Below are positions 39,171 to 56,242 of a stretch of 64,000 nt of DNA, piece by piece (the first letter of the stretch is position 1; each line of letters opens with the position of its first letter). Source of the DNA: the human T2T-CHM13v2.0 reference genome, Homo sapiens; the NCBI RefSeq assembly GCF_009914755.1, contig NC_060925.1; one strand, given 5' to 3'. Under the pieces are notes generated by a model that saw only the letters and a list, made by a program, of their open reading frames with translations, was not told where the DNA came from and did no database searches. Made by a program: the position numbers and the translations under genes.

Positions 39171-42082
39171 TACCCGCAAGGCTCTTGGAATTGGCCTGTT
39201 AGCAATTACTCAACAGATGTTAGATAGGTTCCATTTGTTCCCAAGGGAACGTGGTCTCAGCACAGGCAGGATCAGCTGGTCATGGCGGAAGCCACAGGTG
39301 GAATCTGTTACCAGCACTTCCTTTCTATCATTCAAAGACCAGGCTGCCAGTCCTGGCTCTCCCCTTCCAGGCTGTGCCATCCTGGGTGCCTCACCTGTCT
39401 GAGCCTCAGACCCTTCCCAGGTGGGTCGTGAGTGTCACCATCGGCCTCCCTCCCAGGGTGTGAGAAAGTGCTGAGAACTACAAACTGGGGAGAGTCACAG
39501 CAGCAGGAGGCTCTGCTCCTGGCCTCCTAGCCTCCTGGGTTAAGGCTAAGCAACTTAAGAGTCTGAGGAGGCGAGACGGAGGGGCAGGTGGTGACAGGAA
39601 CAGGAAAGGGGCGGGCAGAAGGCAGAGTCCATGGGGGGCTCCCTGGGCTCCCATAGGCATCTGAAATTCCAAAACCTTTTCTTGCCCCACACTTCTGCAA
39701 GCAGAACGAGCCTTGCCAGCTCTGGGCTTCCAGAGCAGGGGTTTTGCAGGAGAGTGAGAGGTTTTCCAGTGCCAGGGGGCCCTGAAAGCAACAGCCACCT
39801 GCAGAGGCGGCCCAAGGAGAGGCAGTGGTCAAGGCCCCCCAGTGAGTGACAGGGCTCTGAGCTCAGTCACAGGCAGAACAAGCAGGGTGGTCAGCCAGGT
39901 GAGGGTTCAAATCCCACCTCTGACTCTTCCTAAATGTGTGACCTTGGGAACGCCACCAACCTCTACAAGCCTCAGTTTCCACCTCCGTAAAATGGAGTTA
40001 GTAACAGTTCATCACGAGACGGTAGAAGTGTCAGCTTTATTATTACTGCTGTCGTTGCTGCTGTTAGCATAATTCTTCTAAAGGGAAGGTGGCTCTGTCT
40101 CTGGTTGTGACTCTCGTCACTCAGAACGGCTGTCTCTCCCAAGCCAGCAACTGCAGTGACTTGTGTCCAGCTTCCCCCAGGATTTCTGGCCTGGGCAGGA
40201 TGGAGGGGAGGCCAACTGCAGAGGGAGAGCCAGAGGACGGAGGCACCTGGACAGGTGTGGCCAGGAGGAAATGGAGACATGAGTTTGCACAACATTTTCA
40301 AAGGGTCACAGTTACCAGGAAACAAAATAACTGTTTCTTCTGGGAAGTTGGGAGGCCCTTGTCCCCCACCCCTTCCACAAGCATCCCTCCCTGTGTCCCT
40401 TCTGGCCCAACATCTGATCCAAATCCCTCCAGCCAAATCCAGCTTTGGAAAACAGGCTGGGAGCAGGGAACCAGGTCTCTGCCTCGGCCCTCCCGCTGCC
40501 CTGCAGGCTTCTCCACTGAGACACGGAGCCGATGGCAGCCTCAGTTTCCCCAAAATTCCCCTCAGTGGTTGCTGGGGAAGGGAGAGGAGCCAAGAGTGGG
40601 GAGTGTGAAGCCTCTGACTTTAGATCTGCCTCCACTCTCTGAAGTCGACATTGCAAAACTCAGGATGCTGCTCCTGTGCCCTGCCCCCTCTAGGCAGGAA
40701 TGTCGTGAAGCTAAAATAACATAATCAGGGCAAAAGCTTTCCAGAGTAGAGGCGTTTCAGCACTCAGGCAGTGTAGCCGGAGATGCCTCCCGTGATTGTG
40801 GATAACAGCCCCATCAAGACGGCACGCTATTACTCAGCGCCATCATCAAGGAACTTTGTGTCTCTGAGCTTAACTCGCGCCCCACCCCCAATGACAGGAC
40901 GGGCCCTGGGGAGGCTGAGAGTCCTGCCTGCCGCTCCTGTTCTCTTTCCCTACAAGAGGCTCTTGACCTCTTTACTCAGTGGCTCTTCTTGAACCTAGAA
41001 ATTATGGAAAAAGAAAAAATGCTCCTGCTAGTGAATTTTCAAACCTCCATCTCTAGCCGCTTAGTCAAGGGAATGCACTTCGCCTTAGAGTGAAAAATAG
41101 GAAGCCCCTCACCTACTCCCATCAGCCCCCAAGTGTGTCTGCCCTGAGCACCACACGGATAGACATCTTTGTCCCAGCCCCAGGGCCTTTGCACATGCTG
41201 TTCCTGCTGCCAAGATAACCACAGCACTGACCCTCACGCAAGTCTCCATTCAAATGTCCTCTTCTTAAGGAGGCTCCTCTAACCTCCCTCTAAGGAGCAT
41301 CCCTAGGCCTCTTTATCTCCTTATCTTGCTTAATTTTTGTTCTTAGTTCTTGTCATTGTTCTTCATTAGGTTATGTATTTGTTGGCTTGGTTCTGGCCTG
41401 CCTCACCCACTGAAATCTAAGTTGCAGGAACATTGCCTCACTCACGGCCGTATTTCCAGCCGCTAGAACAAAACAAGGCACAGAATAAGTGCTCAGCAAA
41501 CACTTTTAAATGGACAAGTAAAATCAATATTTATGCCTTTATTCATTCCTCAACTATTTATTGAGTGGCTTCTGCCCCAGAGCCCAGGGGGTATAACAAT
41601 AATAAGCCCCCATCCTGCCCTCAGGGAGCTCACAGTCCAATGGGAAGCACAGGAGTGAGCAGGGGAGCATGAGCACGACACCAGGAGGTGAGGCTCTGTG
41701 TATCCAGTGATACTCACGCCTCCAGCCTTGCCATCTCTCTTCAGCTCCAGGCTCAGATATGCAGATGCCTGCTTGAAATGCTCACTACAATGGGAATTCA
41801 AAACAGGAATTTCAATTTCCTTCTGCACCCACCCCTCCCTTCCTGTTCCCCGTCTCAGCTGCTCAGGCATCATCCTCTTTGTCCCACCCTCTGTGTCCAA
41901 CTGGCAAATTCCATTGGCTCCATTTCCAAAATACGTCCCAGTTCTCACTGTTTCCTAAAACACCTTGACCCACCATTCCTTCTCCAAGTCAACTCCCTAA
42001 ATGCTTCCAGCTCTACCGCCCACCAGCAGCCAGAGGGATCCTTCTATTATGTTATTTATTGATTTATTGACAAATTAAATAT

Positions 42083-42687
<605 letters not shown>

Positions 42688-43307
42688 AGAATCCTTTTAA
42701 AATATAAATCAGATGATGTTACCTTTGCTTCCAACACCTCCCGCTGAATTCTGGAGAAAATTCGAGCTCCACCTGCTGATTTCTCTGACGTCACCCCAGG
42801 CATCGTCCCTCAGCCACCACCCTCACCTCACACCAGCTGTCCTGTCACTTCCTAAACACGCCAGATTTGCTGCCTCTACCTCGGGGCCTTTGCATTTGCT
42901 AGTTCTCCTGTTCAGAAAACGTCCTTCAGCTCCTTGAAAAGCCAGCTCTGTCTCGTCATTCAGCTCTCAGAACAAATACCCTTTTCTTAGAGAGGGCTCC
43001 CTTGACCACTGGACCCCTCTCACCCCACTCCCAGTCACTTCCATCTCAATACTGACCACATCATGCTAACTGGACACCACTGAGACACTCAGCTCACCTG
43101 TGTGTCTAGAAAGTGTGTGTCTCTGCCATTCACCTGGGGGGTAAACTCAGGGCAGAGCAAGCCATGTGGTGGGGAGGTCTGTAGAAGGAAGACAGTGGGA
43201 CCTGCTGGGCTGTGTTGAGTCTGAGGGCCCTGGGGTTGGCCAGGTGGGGATGCCCAAAGGACTTGGGACTCAGGAGGGTGTTGGGAGTTGGATGTGGGAA
43301 TCTATTC

Positions 43308-43615
<308 letters not shown>

Positions 43616-43748
43616 AGATGTGGGAATCTTAATGCACTCCCGGAGAAGGGGCTGAAGAATGAGAAGAGGAAGTAGATTCACACAAGAGGAGCTGGCAGCT
43701 TCAGCAGGTTCTGAGCAAGCAGTGGGGAGGCCTAAAGAGAAGGGCTGT

Positions 43749-43845
43749 GGCCAGGCACAGTGGCTGAGGCAGGAGGATAGCTTGAGGCCAGGAGTTCGAG
43801 ACCAGCTTGGGCAACAAAGAGAGACTTCATCTCAAAAAGAGAAAA
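43749..43845 (+). mobile_element. Internally deleted FLAM/Alu monomer
   Basis: GGCCAGGCACAGTGGCT/GAGGCAGGAGGATAGCTTGAGGCCAGGAGTTCGAGACC. Confidence 0.75.
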
Positions 43846-44619
43846 AAGAGAGAGAGAGAGAGAAAGGGCGGGTCAGATAGGCCAAGGGGAGCAGACCCTG
43901 CGCCTTGGGGAACCTACCCAGATGGTCCTTGCAGAGGGAGATGGGGAGGGAGCCACAGAAACAGGACCCCCGTCACACGGCCTCCTGGGAGCGCATCCCT
44001 TTCCCTTCTTCAGACAGGTCTGAAATGCCACTCAGGACCACAGCTGGGGCCCAAGCCCAAGCCACTGTCTCTGCCTGACCACTCTGCAGGGACAGCCCCG
44101 CCAAGCCCTGGAACATCGACCTGCCTGCCCCTCTGGCTCTTCCAACAGCCCCTGACAATCAATGACACTGAATCCTGTCAATAGGGCAGGGCCAGGGGTC
44201 TAAGGCGGAGAAATAATCACAGTCTTGTTGCTGCCAACATTGCAGGGACAGATTTTCATTAACCCAGTGGGCCTCTCCCGGAGCCTCTCCACGTGATCTC
44301 CACCCACAGGCCTCTAACTCTTCATCCCTCCTTGTCCCCAGCTCCCTGCTTGCAAGAGTGGAACTGGTGAGCACACTGGGCTGGTGTCAGGGCTGGGCAT
44401 GGAGGCCTCCAGGGGCTGATAGTCCTGCAGGAAACAGCCTTGCGGGAGGCAGCTGAGCCCTCTCCGCCAGCATCAGGCCCAGTTCTGGGGAACCAGGGGG
44501 CCCAGAGGGGAAGGAGGCCTTCCAAGGATGGAGTCTCAGGAGGATTCTGGAGTCCCACAGTGTTGAAGGCCAAAGTGTCAGCAGGGGCAGCATCACCTAG
44601 TGGTTGGGGGCTCGGGCCC

Positions 44620-44825
44620 TGGAGACCCTGGCCTGCCTTCAGATCCCTGCTCTGCTACTTTCAAGCTGCATGGCCTTAGGCCAGTGGCCTGAGCCTCAGC
44701 TTCCTCACCTATAAAATGGGGACAATAACAGTACCTATCCTCAGAGGGCTGTGGGGAGGGTTAAATAAGATAATGCAGGTCAAATGCTCAGCACAGTGCC
44801 TGGCACCTAGTAAGTGCTCAAGAAA
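44620..44825 (+). mobile_element. MIR
   Basis: GAGCCTCAGCTTCCTCACCTATAAAATGGGGACAATAACAGTACCT..CACAGTGCCTGGCAC. Confidence 0.85.
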
Positions 44826-45549
44826 TCTCGGTGTTCATTTGATTTCATCTTTGAATTCAAATGAGGCAAAGGAATGAGGCAGAGGGCCACACGTTTCCTT
44901 GGTGAATAATCTCCATACAATTTCATTTCCTTCCAGATTGTCTGACTCAGGGGAGACTGTGCTCAGCATTGTCTAGAATGTTCTTCGATATCAGCTGGTC
45001 AAAGCGAAAACACATTGCTGCTCCCTGCAGCCTCTCACCCAGAAAAGGTATGGCCAGGCACCCAGGTGCCCGGGCCCCCTGCCCTGGAAGCCCCACCCCT
45101 TGGCAACTCCACCCCAGGGAGCAGGGCCTTCACCCAGCAAAGGAGCCAATCAGGAGACTCCTGGCAACATTCAGGGACTCTGGGTCCCCTGGCTCCACTC
45201 TTTGATCAGAGTCGGGAGGGGACTGAGGGTGGGCATGGGGGCGACATGGAACCAGAGCTGGGCCAGTTACCAGCAGCAGGTGCCACTGCAAGCCTGGGCT
45301 TCTGGGGACTCCCAGGACCCTGGGAGAGGGAGGGGTCCTGGAGGGTGGTATTTGTAACGGCTTGCACCAGGAGCTACCTGCTCTTGTTTGCTGTTTCTCC
45401 AGATGGAGTGGTTCCTGTGTGACAAATCACAGATGTAATTGCATCTCTCCTGGATGGGCAGGTGGGTGCCTCCTGCAGAGAAGGTCCAGGTCTCAGGAAA
45501 TGGAAGCCAGGGAGCTGCTGCCACCCCTCAGGGTGGGTACAGCGCACCA

Positions 45550-46080
45550 CTGCTCCATTTTGCAGATAAGAAAACAGACTCAGAGAGGTTGAATGCCTTG
45601 CCCAAGGTCACACATTCATTAAATGTGGAAGGAAGGGTCTGAAGCCCAGGTTTCTGCCTCCAAGTCCAGACCTCTCTCAGGGGTAGGGGAAGTGATGGAG
45701 AGACAGTCTCTTGGGGAAATGATTAGAGGTCACCTGCTTTTTGGCCACCACAGGGGCTGGGTCCCTTGGTCTCCCCAGTGGAAGGCCCTGCAGTGGGAAG
45801 TGGAAACAGATGGGGGAGGTGAGATGACATGGTGGGAACCAGGGGATCAGGATGGGGTTCTGGCCTTGCTTTGATCCTAGCTCCCTGTGTGACCTTGGAC
45901 AGATCCCTTCCCCTCTCTGGACCTCATTCTTTTCAGCTGTAAAATGAAGAGGTTTCCATCTTCAAGCTGCCCTTTCTTGCTCTCAGACTTCAAAGGGATG
46001 ATCCAGTCCTCTCAGATGTCACGTGAAAGAATTGAGGCTCAGAGAAGGGCAGGGTCTCACCCAAGGTCACACAGCTCTTC
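45550..46080. mobile_element. MIR fragments
   Basis: CCATTTTGCAGATAAGAAAACAGACTCAGAGAGG; TGTGTGACCTTGGAC..CTGTAAAATG; GAGGCTCAGAGA..CCCAAGGTCACACAGC. Confidence 0.7.
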
Positions 46081-47799
46081 ATGGAAGAACCAGACAAAGA
46101 TCTGGCGCTGGACTGGAGATGGCCCACCAGTCCAGTCATAGGTGTCCTTTCATGGGCTAGTTCCAAGACACCTCTGCCCAGCTGAGCTGGGCCAAACCCA
46201 ACCTTTGAGACTCTCCCAAGACCTCACTTTCCCCTAGTCAAGCCCCATGGCTTTAATCCCAATATTGTCTATGCTGTGGGCTTGCAGCTTGGTTCCAAGG
46301 AGTTGTTTTTTTTTTAATGAGGAGATGGCAGAGGGACCACGATGACTGAATCAAAGGGGCAGGAGGGGCTGCCGCCGGCTCCTTCCCGGCTTCCTCCTGG
46401 CTCCTCCTCTGAGCCCCTCTCTCAGCCATGGTGAGGGGTTCCTGCCAGGGACAGTGAAGGTGTCAGAAAGGCTCTGACTGAGACTTCACAGAAGCCAACA
46501 GCAGGCCCTAGACCTGGGCCAGGCCCAACACAAAAGGACTTTTAAAGCCCTCCCCAGTATCAAAGCAAACAATGTCCAGTAACAGCCCACACTCAATAGA
46601 ACATATTTGCCAACAATTTTTAAAGGGGATTTTATGATTTTGCTTTTGGAATTGCCTGGCTACCAGGCACTGATTTAATTGGCAGTTGGCTATGCTTTCT
46701 CATCCATTCTCTTGTCTACTTGGGAATTCTTACCAAGTGAGAAAATGTAGCTGACAAATTGCTTTCACGCATAATGACACATTTATGAATACCTAATGTG
46801 GTAATTAATGCAGTTGACCTAATATTACATTTTGTAGACATTTAACATTTATTAATTTCGATTTCACAGTTTTCTTTTCCCATTTGGTAGCCAATAAATA
46901 TTTTAAGGTCTCAGATATTTTTGCAGGATCTTTAAAAGCTCATACACCCAAAGTCCTAGAGTGACCTGGAACAAGGAACTTCTCTGGGCCTCAGCTTCCC
47001 TGTCCTGCTCTCCAGCCCCCCGAAGGACTCTTTAGAACCACACTTGGTCAGTCCAAGGCCAAGGCCAATAGGAGCTGCCAGCAATGCCCACAATGGAGAG
47101 AAGCGCAGAACCACACGAAGACGGAAACAAAAACCTTCCTCTCACCCATCAAGAGCAAAGCAATAAAAAATGTTATTTTGCCAGTCGGTTGAATTTCATT
47201 TGTGTGGTTTGGAGTGTATTTCCTAGTTAATGAACCTGCCACATTTATGACCTCCCTTCTTCAATTCAATAGAGAGGAATGGGGAAAAGAAACGGGGAAA
47301 AGCTGCAATATTTCCCCCACGCAGCCAGCAGCTGACAGCTGCAGGTCTGGGCAGGGCAGTGCTGCACAGCTGTGGACCCAACAGCCCAGTCAAGGACAAG
47401 CCTGCCAGGAAAGCGTTTGCACCTGCAGCATAAGTGTTCTGGGTTTGCTCGGGGAGAATCCTCAGCAGACGGGTGTGCGCTCCCCTCCAGGTATCTTGAC
47501 TGGGTAAAGGTGACTGGGACTGCCTTTCTCTGCCAGGCAGGCTCTGAGGTTAACAACTGACCAGGGCCCTCTACCTAGTTGAGTAGGTTTGGGAGAAAAG
47601 GCCAGAGAGACAGGGACACACTCATGGGAAGAGGAGAAGAGGGGAAACCCGTGGCAGATGTGATTATCCATGAGGCGGCATAGGGGTTGGGTCCTGAATT
47701 TTCCATGGCAGGGGGAACCAGTGGTTCCAGCCACACACACACTTCCCGCTCCTTCCCCTAACCCAGTACTACTCCCTGGGCTATTTAAGAGGCTGGGCG

Positions 47800-48107
47800 G
47801 GTTGTGCATCGTGGCTCATACCTGTAATCCTAGCACTTTTAGAGGCCAAGGCTGGAGGATCGCTTCAGCCCAGGCATTCTAGACCAACCTGGGCAACATG
47901 GTGAGACCCCATCTTTACAAAATAAAAATTTAAAAATTAGCCAGGCATGATGGGCCATGCCTGTGGTCTTAGAACTTTGGGAGGCAGAAGTGGGAGGATC
48001 ACTTGAGCCCAAGAGGTCAAAGCTGCAATCATCTGTGTTTGTGTCACTGCACTCCAGCCTGGGTGACAGAGTGAGACCCTGTCTCAAAATAAATAAATAA
48101 ATAAAAA
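47800..48107 (+). mobile_element. AluJ
   Basis: Dimer, (AAAT)n tail, AGGCTGGGC on both sides. Confidence 0.9.
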
Positions 48108-49859
48108 AGGCTGGGCCACCTTCCAGGGAGGAGCCCAAGGCCTCACCCTCTGGGGAGGAAGACCTCGGCTGGGGAGCCCACCATCACCCAAGCTGAAGAC
48201 ATTCCCATTCCCAACCACACTGGCCACGGACGAGAAAGGCATCAACTGGGGTGACTTTGCAAGGCCACCATGAGCATGGGCTTTGGCATGGAAGAACCTG
48301 TCCAAGCTGGAAGAATCTCTTTTCCTCTCTGAGCTCTGCCTCCATGGCTCCCGCCCCTCTGGCCTTCACTGCAGGCCTGGCTGAACTACACAGGAGTGGA
48401 TTGTGTCTTCCTCCACTTATTCACACGCACTTCGCATCTGCTGTGTACAGACACTGGGCTAGACACTGGGTGGAAGGGAGATGGCCGTGAACAAGGCACA
48501 CAACAGCCCCGTGCCGCTGGAATTCACAACCCTCCTGGAGAAACAGACAAGTACAGCAGTCACAAGAGATTAAGCCACGATCTGATGGGGGAAATTCAGA
48601 GCGGGGATGCCTCCCCAGGTGGAATGTTTAGGGAAGACTTCCTGGAAGAGGGGCAGCTCAGCCGGGAAGCAAGGAGGGGACTCCCAGAGGGAGCCTGGAG
48701 CCAGGATGGTCCGTTCAGCTCCACCAGAGTCAGAGCCCCGAGGCCTGCCTCCAACAGCAGCAGCAGCAGCACCCACATAGTCACTGGGGATGGGGAGGGG
48801 CACCCGTGGAGTCGGTCTAAGTCCCAATTTCAGGCTTCCAGGGCCTCAAATCTTCCACTTTCCAGAGCAGCATGAGAAACTGAAAACAGCCCTGCCTGGC
48901 CCTCCCAGGGGATTTGCATTTTAAGAGGGATCTGAGCCTGGAACAGAAAGATCCACCCCCTGTGTCAGCCCCTGCTCCTCATTCTCCATCCCAGCCAGCC
49001 TCGGCCTCAGGCACCCTCTCCCTTCCCACCTCTAGTCTCCAGCCCCAGACCCAGGCACACATCTTGTGGGGTGACCCACACTGGGGCTCCTGTTTCCCTG
49101 ATTAGCCTGGGGAACACTGAGTCTTAAACAACAACTCCCACTCTTGGCTCGGTCCAGCCCTGAGCTCAGTGTCCCCACCATGTGATGGGGGAAGGGGGAA
49201 CTCCGGGTCCTCCAGGGCCCAGCTCTCCCATAGGATGGTGGTAGGGAGGGGAATCAGGAAAGGAGAAATGATGGATTACTACATCCTCCGACCTGCTAAG
49301 GCATTCACATTTCAAGAGGGGTGTCTAGAGACAGTGCCTTAAACCTTAGGAGAAGGGTCAGAGGTGAAGTTGAGGAAACTGAGGCCCAGAGAGCTTGGGG
49401 AACCAGCCACGGTTGGGTTGCAGAACTAGTAAGCATCCCTGCCCTGGCCTACATCCAAATCTGCCTGGTTCAAAAGTTTATGCAGTTAACCACCAGACCA
49501 TCAGGCCACAAAAAACCCAAACGCCTGCCTAACAAGGTCAAGCAGGTCAGGAGGTGAGCGGACTGTGAGTGGTAGGCACCACCAGGAGCTGGCACACACA
49601 GGTGCCATCTGCAGAGACAACCAAAGTCCAGTTGCTGTCGATGGCTGCCCCGTGGAAATGCAGGCCCCCATGTTATGAGACCAGCTGATTTTTCCAGAAA
49701 GCAGGAATTCAGATTTTTATATGAAATACTCTGGTTTGTAAAAGCTATCTAATGAAAATGCATTTAATTAGATGCTGTGTAGGTCAAATAAGACATACTT
49801 ACCCCCAGTCTGCATAAATTCATTCAATAAATATTTAATGAGCACCTATTATGTGACAG

Positions 49860-50260
49860 GTAGGGTGACCAAATAGTCCCCATGTACCCAAGACTGTCCC
49901 AGTTTTAAGACTGAAAGTCTCAGCCAGGCACAGTGGCTCATGCCTATAATCCTAGCACTTTGGGAGGCCGAGGCGGGCGGATCACCTGAGGTCAGGAGTT
50001 TGAGCCCAGCCTGGCCAAAATGGTGAAACCCCATCTCTACTAAAAATACAAAAAATTAGCCAGGTGTGGTGGCACGTGCCTATGGTCCCAGCTACTCAGC
50101 AGCCTGAGGCAGCAGAACCATTTGAACCTGGGAGGTGGAGGTTACAGTGAGCCAAGATGCACCACTGCATTACAGCCTGGGTGACACAGTGAGACTCTGT
50201 CTCCAAAAAAAAAAAAAAAAACTGAAAGTCTCACATCCTGGGAACCACCTCAGTTCCTTA
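49860..50260. mobile_element. MER81/MER94-like hAT-Blackjack element split by an Alu
   Basis: AGGGTGACCAAATAGTCC..GACTGTCCCAGTTTTAAG / ACATCCTGGGAA. Confidence 0.55.
49923..50220 (+). mobile_element. AluSx-like
   Basis: TSD ACTGAAAGTCTCA. Confidence 0.94.
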
Positions 50261-50734
50261 GCAAGGTACCGTGCTAAGCTTTGGTGCTATGGTGGGGTGG
50301 GAGTATAGAGAATACGACAAAGTCCCCACCCTCGAGGAGCTTACACGATGGTAAACACATACCCAGGGTAAGGCACAGAAAATAACACAGGGAAAAGGAT
50401 AGATTCAACGGTGACTTGGGGAGCAGAGTGGCCGCTTTGGCCAGTGCAATCAAGGAGGACCATTCTGAGGAGGTGACATTTATTTAAGATGAATTCTGAA
50501 TAAGAAGACGGTCAAGAAAATCTCTACAGTAACAAAGATACTCTGGCGAAAATATGAAAAGATGTTTGCACAAGTTTATTCACGGCAGCTCCACCCGTAA
50601 AAGCAAGACTGGAAACAACCCAAGGATGATTAATATCGGAGTGGTTGAATAAGTGATAGCACAGGCCCACGAAGGAGGAGAGCTACGCAGCTGTAGACAG
50701 GAGTGAGGGAATCTGTGTAAACTGCTGTGCAGGG

Positions 50735-51309
<575 letters not shown>

Positions 51310-51523
51310 GTGCTTATATTTTTAAAAAGTAAGCATAGGAAGGGCACAGTTCAAATCTTTGATCACATCAGGCCTGCTAACATCCCACTGACCCAAACAA
51401 GCCCAAAGTCAATGGACAAGGATGTACTTTATGCTCACTGGGTGGCCCCAACCTGTGTGGACGTTTACATAGATCAATGAAGAATGGACTCAGTCTACCA
51501 CAAAGAAGGGGTGCTGGATTAGG

Positions 51524-51737
51524 ACAGGGTTTCTCAGGGGTTCTCAGCCTTGGAGATATTGACATCTGGGCTGGGCAACTGCTGGGCGTGTGGGACTACC
51601 CTGTGTGTCATAGGATGTTTGGGAGCAACTCTGGCCTCTGCCCATGAGATGTCAGTAGCATCTCCCCAGTCCAAAAATGTCTCCAGTCATGGCCAAATCT
51701 CTCTTGGGGGCAAAACCACCCCCACTGGACCACTGGA
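51524..51737. mobile_element. MER20-like hAT-Charlie element
   Basis: TTCTCAGCCTTGG..ATTGACATCTGGGCTGG..CCAAAAATGTCTCCAG. Confidence 0.75.
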
Positions 51738-51812
51738 TCCAATACCACCATTATACATGCCCTTATGAGTTAAAGCATCTATGCTATGCTCATCAGTGGC
51801 TGGTTAAACTCA

Positions 51813-52690
<878 letters not shown>

Positions 52691-52975
52691 TAGGATGGGA
52701 GTGAGCGTTCCAGACACAGGCTTCAGAGGCCACTGCCAAGGTCCTGAAGCTGCTGTGAGTCTGACCAGCTCGAGGGTAAGCCAGGCCAGAGCCGCTGAAA
52801 CCCAGGAGATGACCGGGAGAAAAGCAGACTGAGCTCAGACACAGGAGGGGCCTGCCTTGCAGAGTCTTGGGGCCAGCAGAGGGGCATGGGGTTTGCTCTC
52901 ATTGCCAGAGGAGCCATTACAGAATTGTGGGAAGGGACATGGTAGAACCTGATCCTGCCTTTAAAAGAGACTTTT

Positions 52976-53980
<1,005 letters not shown>

Positions 53981-53988
53981 TTTTTTTA

Positions 53989-54366
<378 letters not shown>

Positions 54367-54892
54367 CTAGCCAGGAGCCTGGAATCATGAAGCACAGCAG
54401 AAAGTGCCATGGGCACCCGTGCAAAAGACCAAGCAGCAGTGATGGGAAGCACCCAGTCAGCTCCCCCACGGGGCTTCATGGAGAGGAGGGAAAGAAGGAA
54501 CAGGGAGGACCCCAGGCCTGAGCCTGTGGGTGGAAGTTGCCACTACTGGTCAAGAGGGAGCAGACTAGGCTTGGGCCGGAACAGCTTCTGCTTCACGTTT
54601 GTTAGATTCCACGTGTTGGGGTGGTCATTAGGGCGGTTCTCCTCCAGGCACTTGTAAGCTAGAGGGATGTGCAAGCGGGGTGGAGCAGGTATTTGATTGC
54701 TGATCCCAGAGGTGCTGGAACTAGCCGCACCAGGGTGGCCAACAACATTCAAGGTAGTGGCTGCCCCACCAGCCTGAGTCCTGGATGGAGAAGACACAAG
54801 CAAAGCCCCCTGTGGCTCAGGACAGCTGTCAGCAGGTGAGGAACACGCCTTTGTTGTTGCGAGCCCCTGCAATCTCAAGGTGGTTGTGGTTG

Positions 54893-56242
54893 TGAGAGGT
54901 GACAGCGTGCTGGCAGTCCTCACAGCCCTCGCTCGCTTGCTCTCGGCGCCTCCTCTGCCTGGATTCCCACTTTGGCGGCACTTGAGGAGCCCTTCAGCCC
55001 ACCGCTGCACTGTGGGAGCCCCTTTCTGGGCTGGCCAAGGCCGGAGCCGGCTCCCTCAGCTTGCAGGGAGGTGTGGAAGGAGAGGCGCGAGCGGGAACCC
55101 GGGCTGCGCGTGGCGCTTGCGGGCCAGCTGGAGTTCCGGGTGGGCATGGGCTTGGCGGGCCCCGCACTCGGAGCAGCAGGCCGGCCCTGCCGGCCCCGGG
55201 CAATGAGGGGCTTAGCACCCGGGCCAGCGGCTGTGGAGGGTGTACTGGGTCCCCCAGCAGTGCCAGCCCACCGTGGGGCAGGGCTCGGGACCTGCAGCCC
55301 TCCATGCCTGAGCCTTCCCCCACATCCGTGGGTTCCTGTGCAGCCCGAGCCTCCCCCACGAGCGCCGCCCCCTGCTCCATGGCGCCCAGTCCCATCGACC
55401 ACCCAAGGGCTGAGGAGTGCGAGCGCATGGTGCGGGACTGGCAGGCAGCTCCACCTGCAGCCCCGGTGTGGGACCCACTGGGTGTAGCCAGCTGGGCTCC
55501 TGAGTCTGGTGGGGAGGAGGAGAACCTTTATGTCTAGCTCAGGGATTGTAAATACACCAATCAGCATCCTGTGTCTAGCTCAGGGTTTGTGAAGGCACCA
55601 ATCGACACTCTGTATCTAGCTACTCTGGTGGGGCCTTGGAGAACCTTTGTGTGGACACTCTGTATCTAGCTAATCTGGTGGGGACGTGGAGAACCTTTAT
55701 GTCTAGCTCAGGGATTGTAAATGCACCAATCAGTGCCCTGTCAAAACAGACCACTCGGCTCTACCAATCAGCAGGATGTGGGTGGGGCCAGATAAGAGAA
55801 TAAAAGCAGGCTGCCCGAGCCAGCAGTGGCAACCCGCTCGGGTCCCCTTCCAGACTGTGGAAGCTTTGTTCTTTTGCTCTTTGTAATAAATCTTGCTACT
55901 GCTTACTTTTTGGGTCCACACTGGTTTTATGAGCTGTAACACTCACCACGAAGGTCTGCAGGTTCACTCCTGAGCCAGCGAGACCACGAGCCCACCGGGA
56001 GGAACGAACAACTCCAGACGTGCTGCCTTAAGAGCTGTGACACTCACCGTGAAGGTCTGCAGCTTCACTCCTGAACCAGCGAGGCCACGAACCCACCAGA
56101 AGGAAGAAACTCCGAACACATCTGAACATCAGAAGGAACAAACTCCAGACGCGCCACCTTAAGAGCTGTAACATTCACCGCAAGGGTCCGCGGCTTCATT
56201 CTTGAAGTCAGTGAGACCAAGAACCCACCAGTTGCGGACACA
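54893..56242 (+). mobile_element. LTR12C-like (ERV9) solo LTR, 1350 bp
   Basis: TGAGAGGTGACAGCGTGCTGGC..GCGGACACA; CpG-rich 5' U3; tandem TCTAGCT/CACCAATC repeats; perfect 4-bp TSD GTTG. Confidence 0.95.
55520..55830 (+). promoter_or_regulatory. LTR12 U3 enhancer repeats and core promoter
   Basis: Several CCAAT boxes (NF-Y), GC/GT box GGGTGGGG, GATA site AGATAA, then the AATAAAA TATA-like element; this is the known ERV9 LTR layout. Activity is not shown by sequence. Confidence 0.6.

Noticed and set aside
39972-40724. 193-aa and 211-aa ORFs on opposite strands
   Set aside because: No recognisable homology, low-information Pro/Gly/Ser-rich composition, non-ATG starts.
54880-55567. Overlapping 100-215 aa ORFs on both strands
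   Set aside because: All lie in the GC-rich U3 of LTR12, which is poor in stop codons.
55520-55740. Regularly spaced repeats resembling a CRISPR array
   Set aside because: These are the standard ERV9/LTR12 U3 tandem enhancer repeats; eukaryotic context, no unique spacers, no cas genes.
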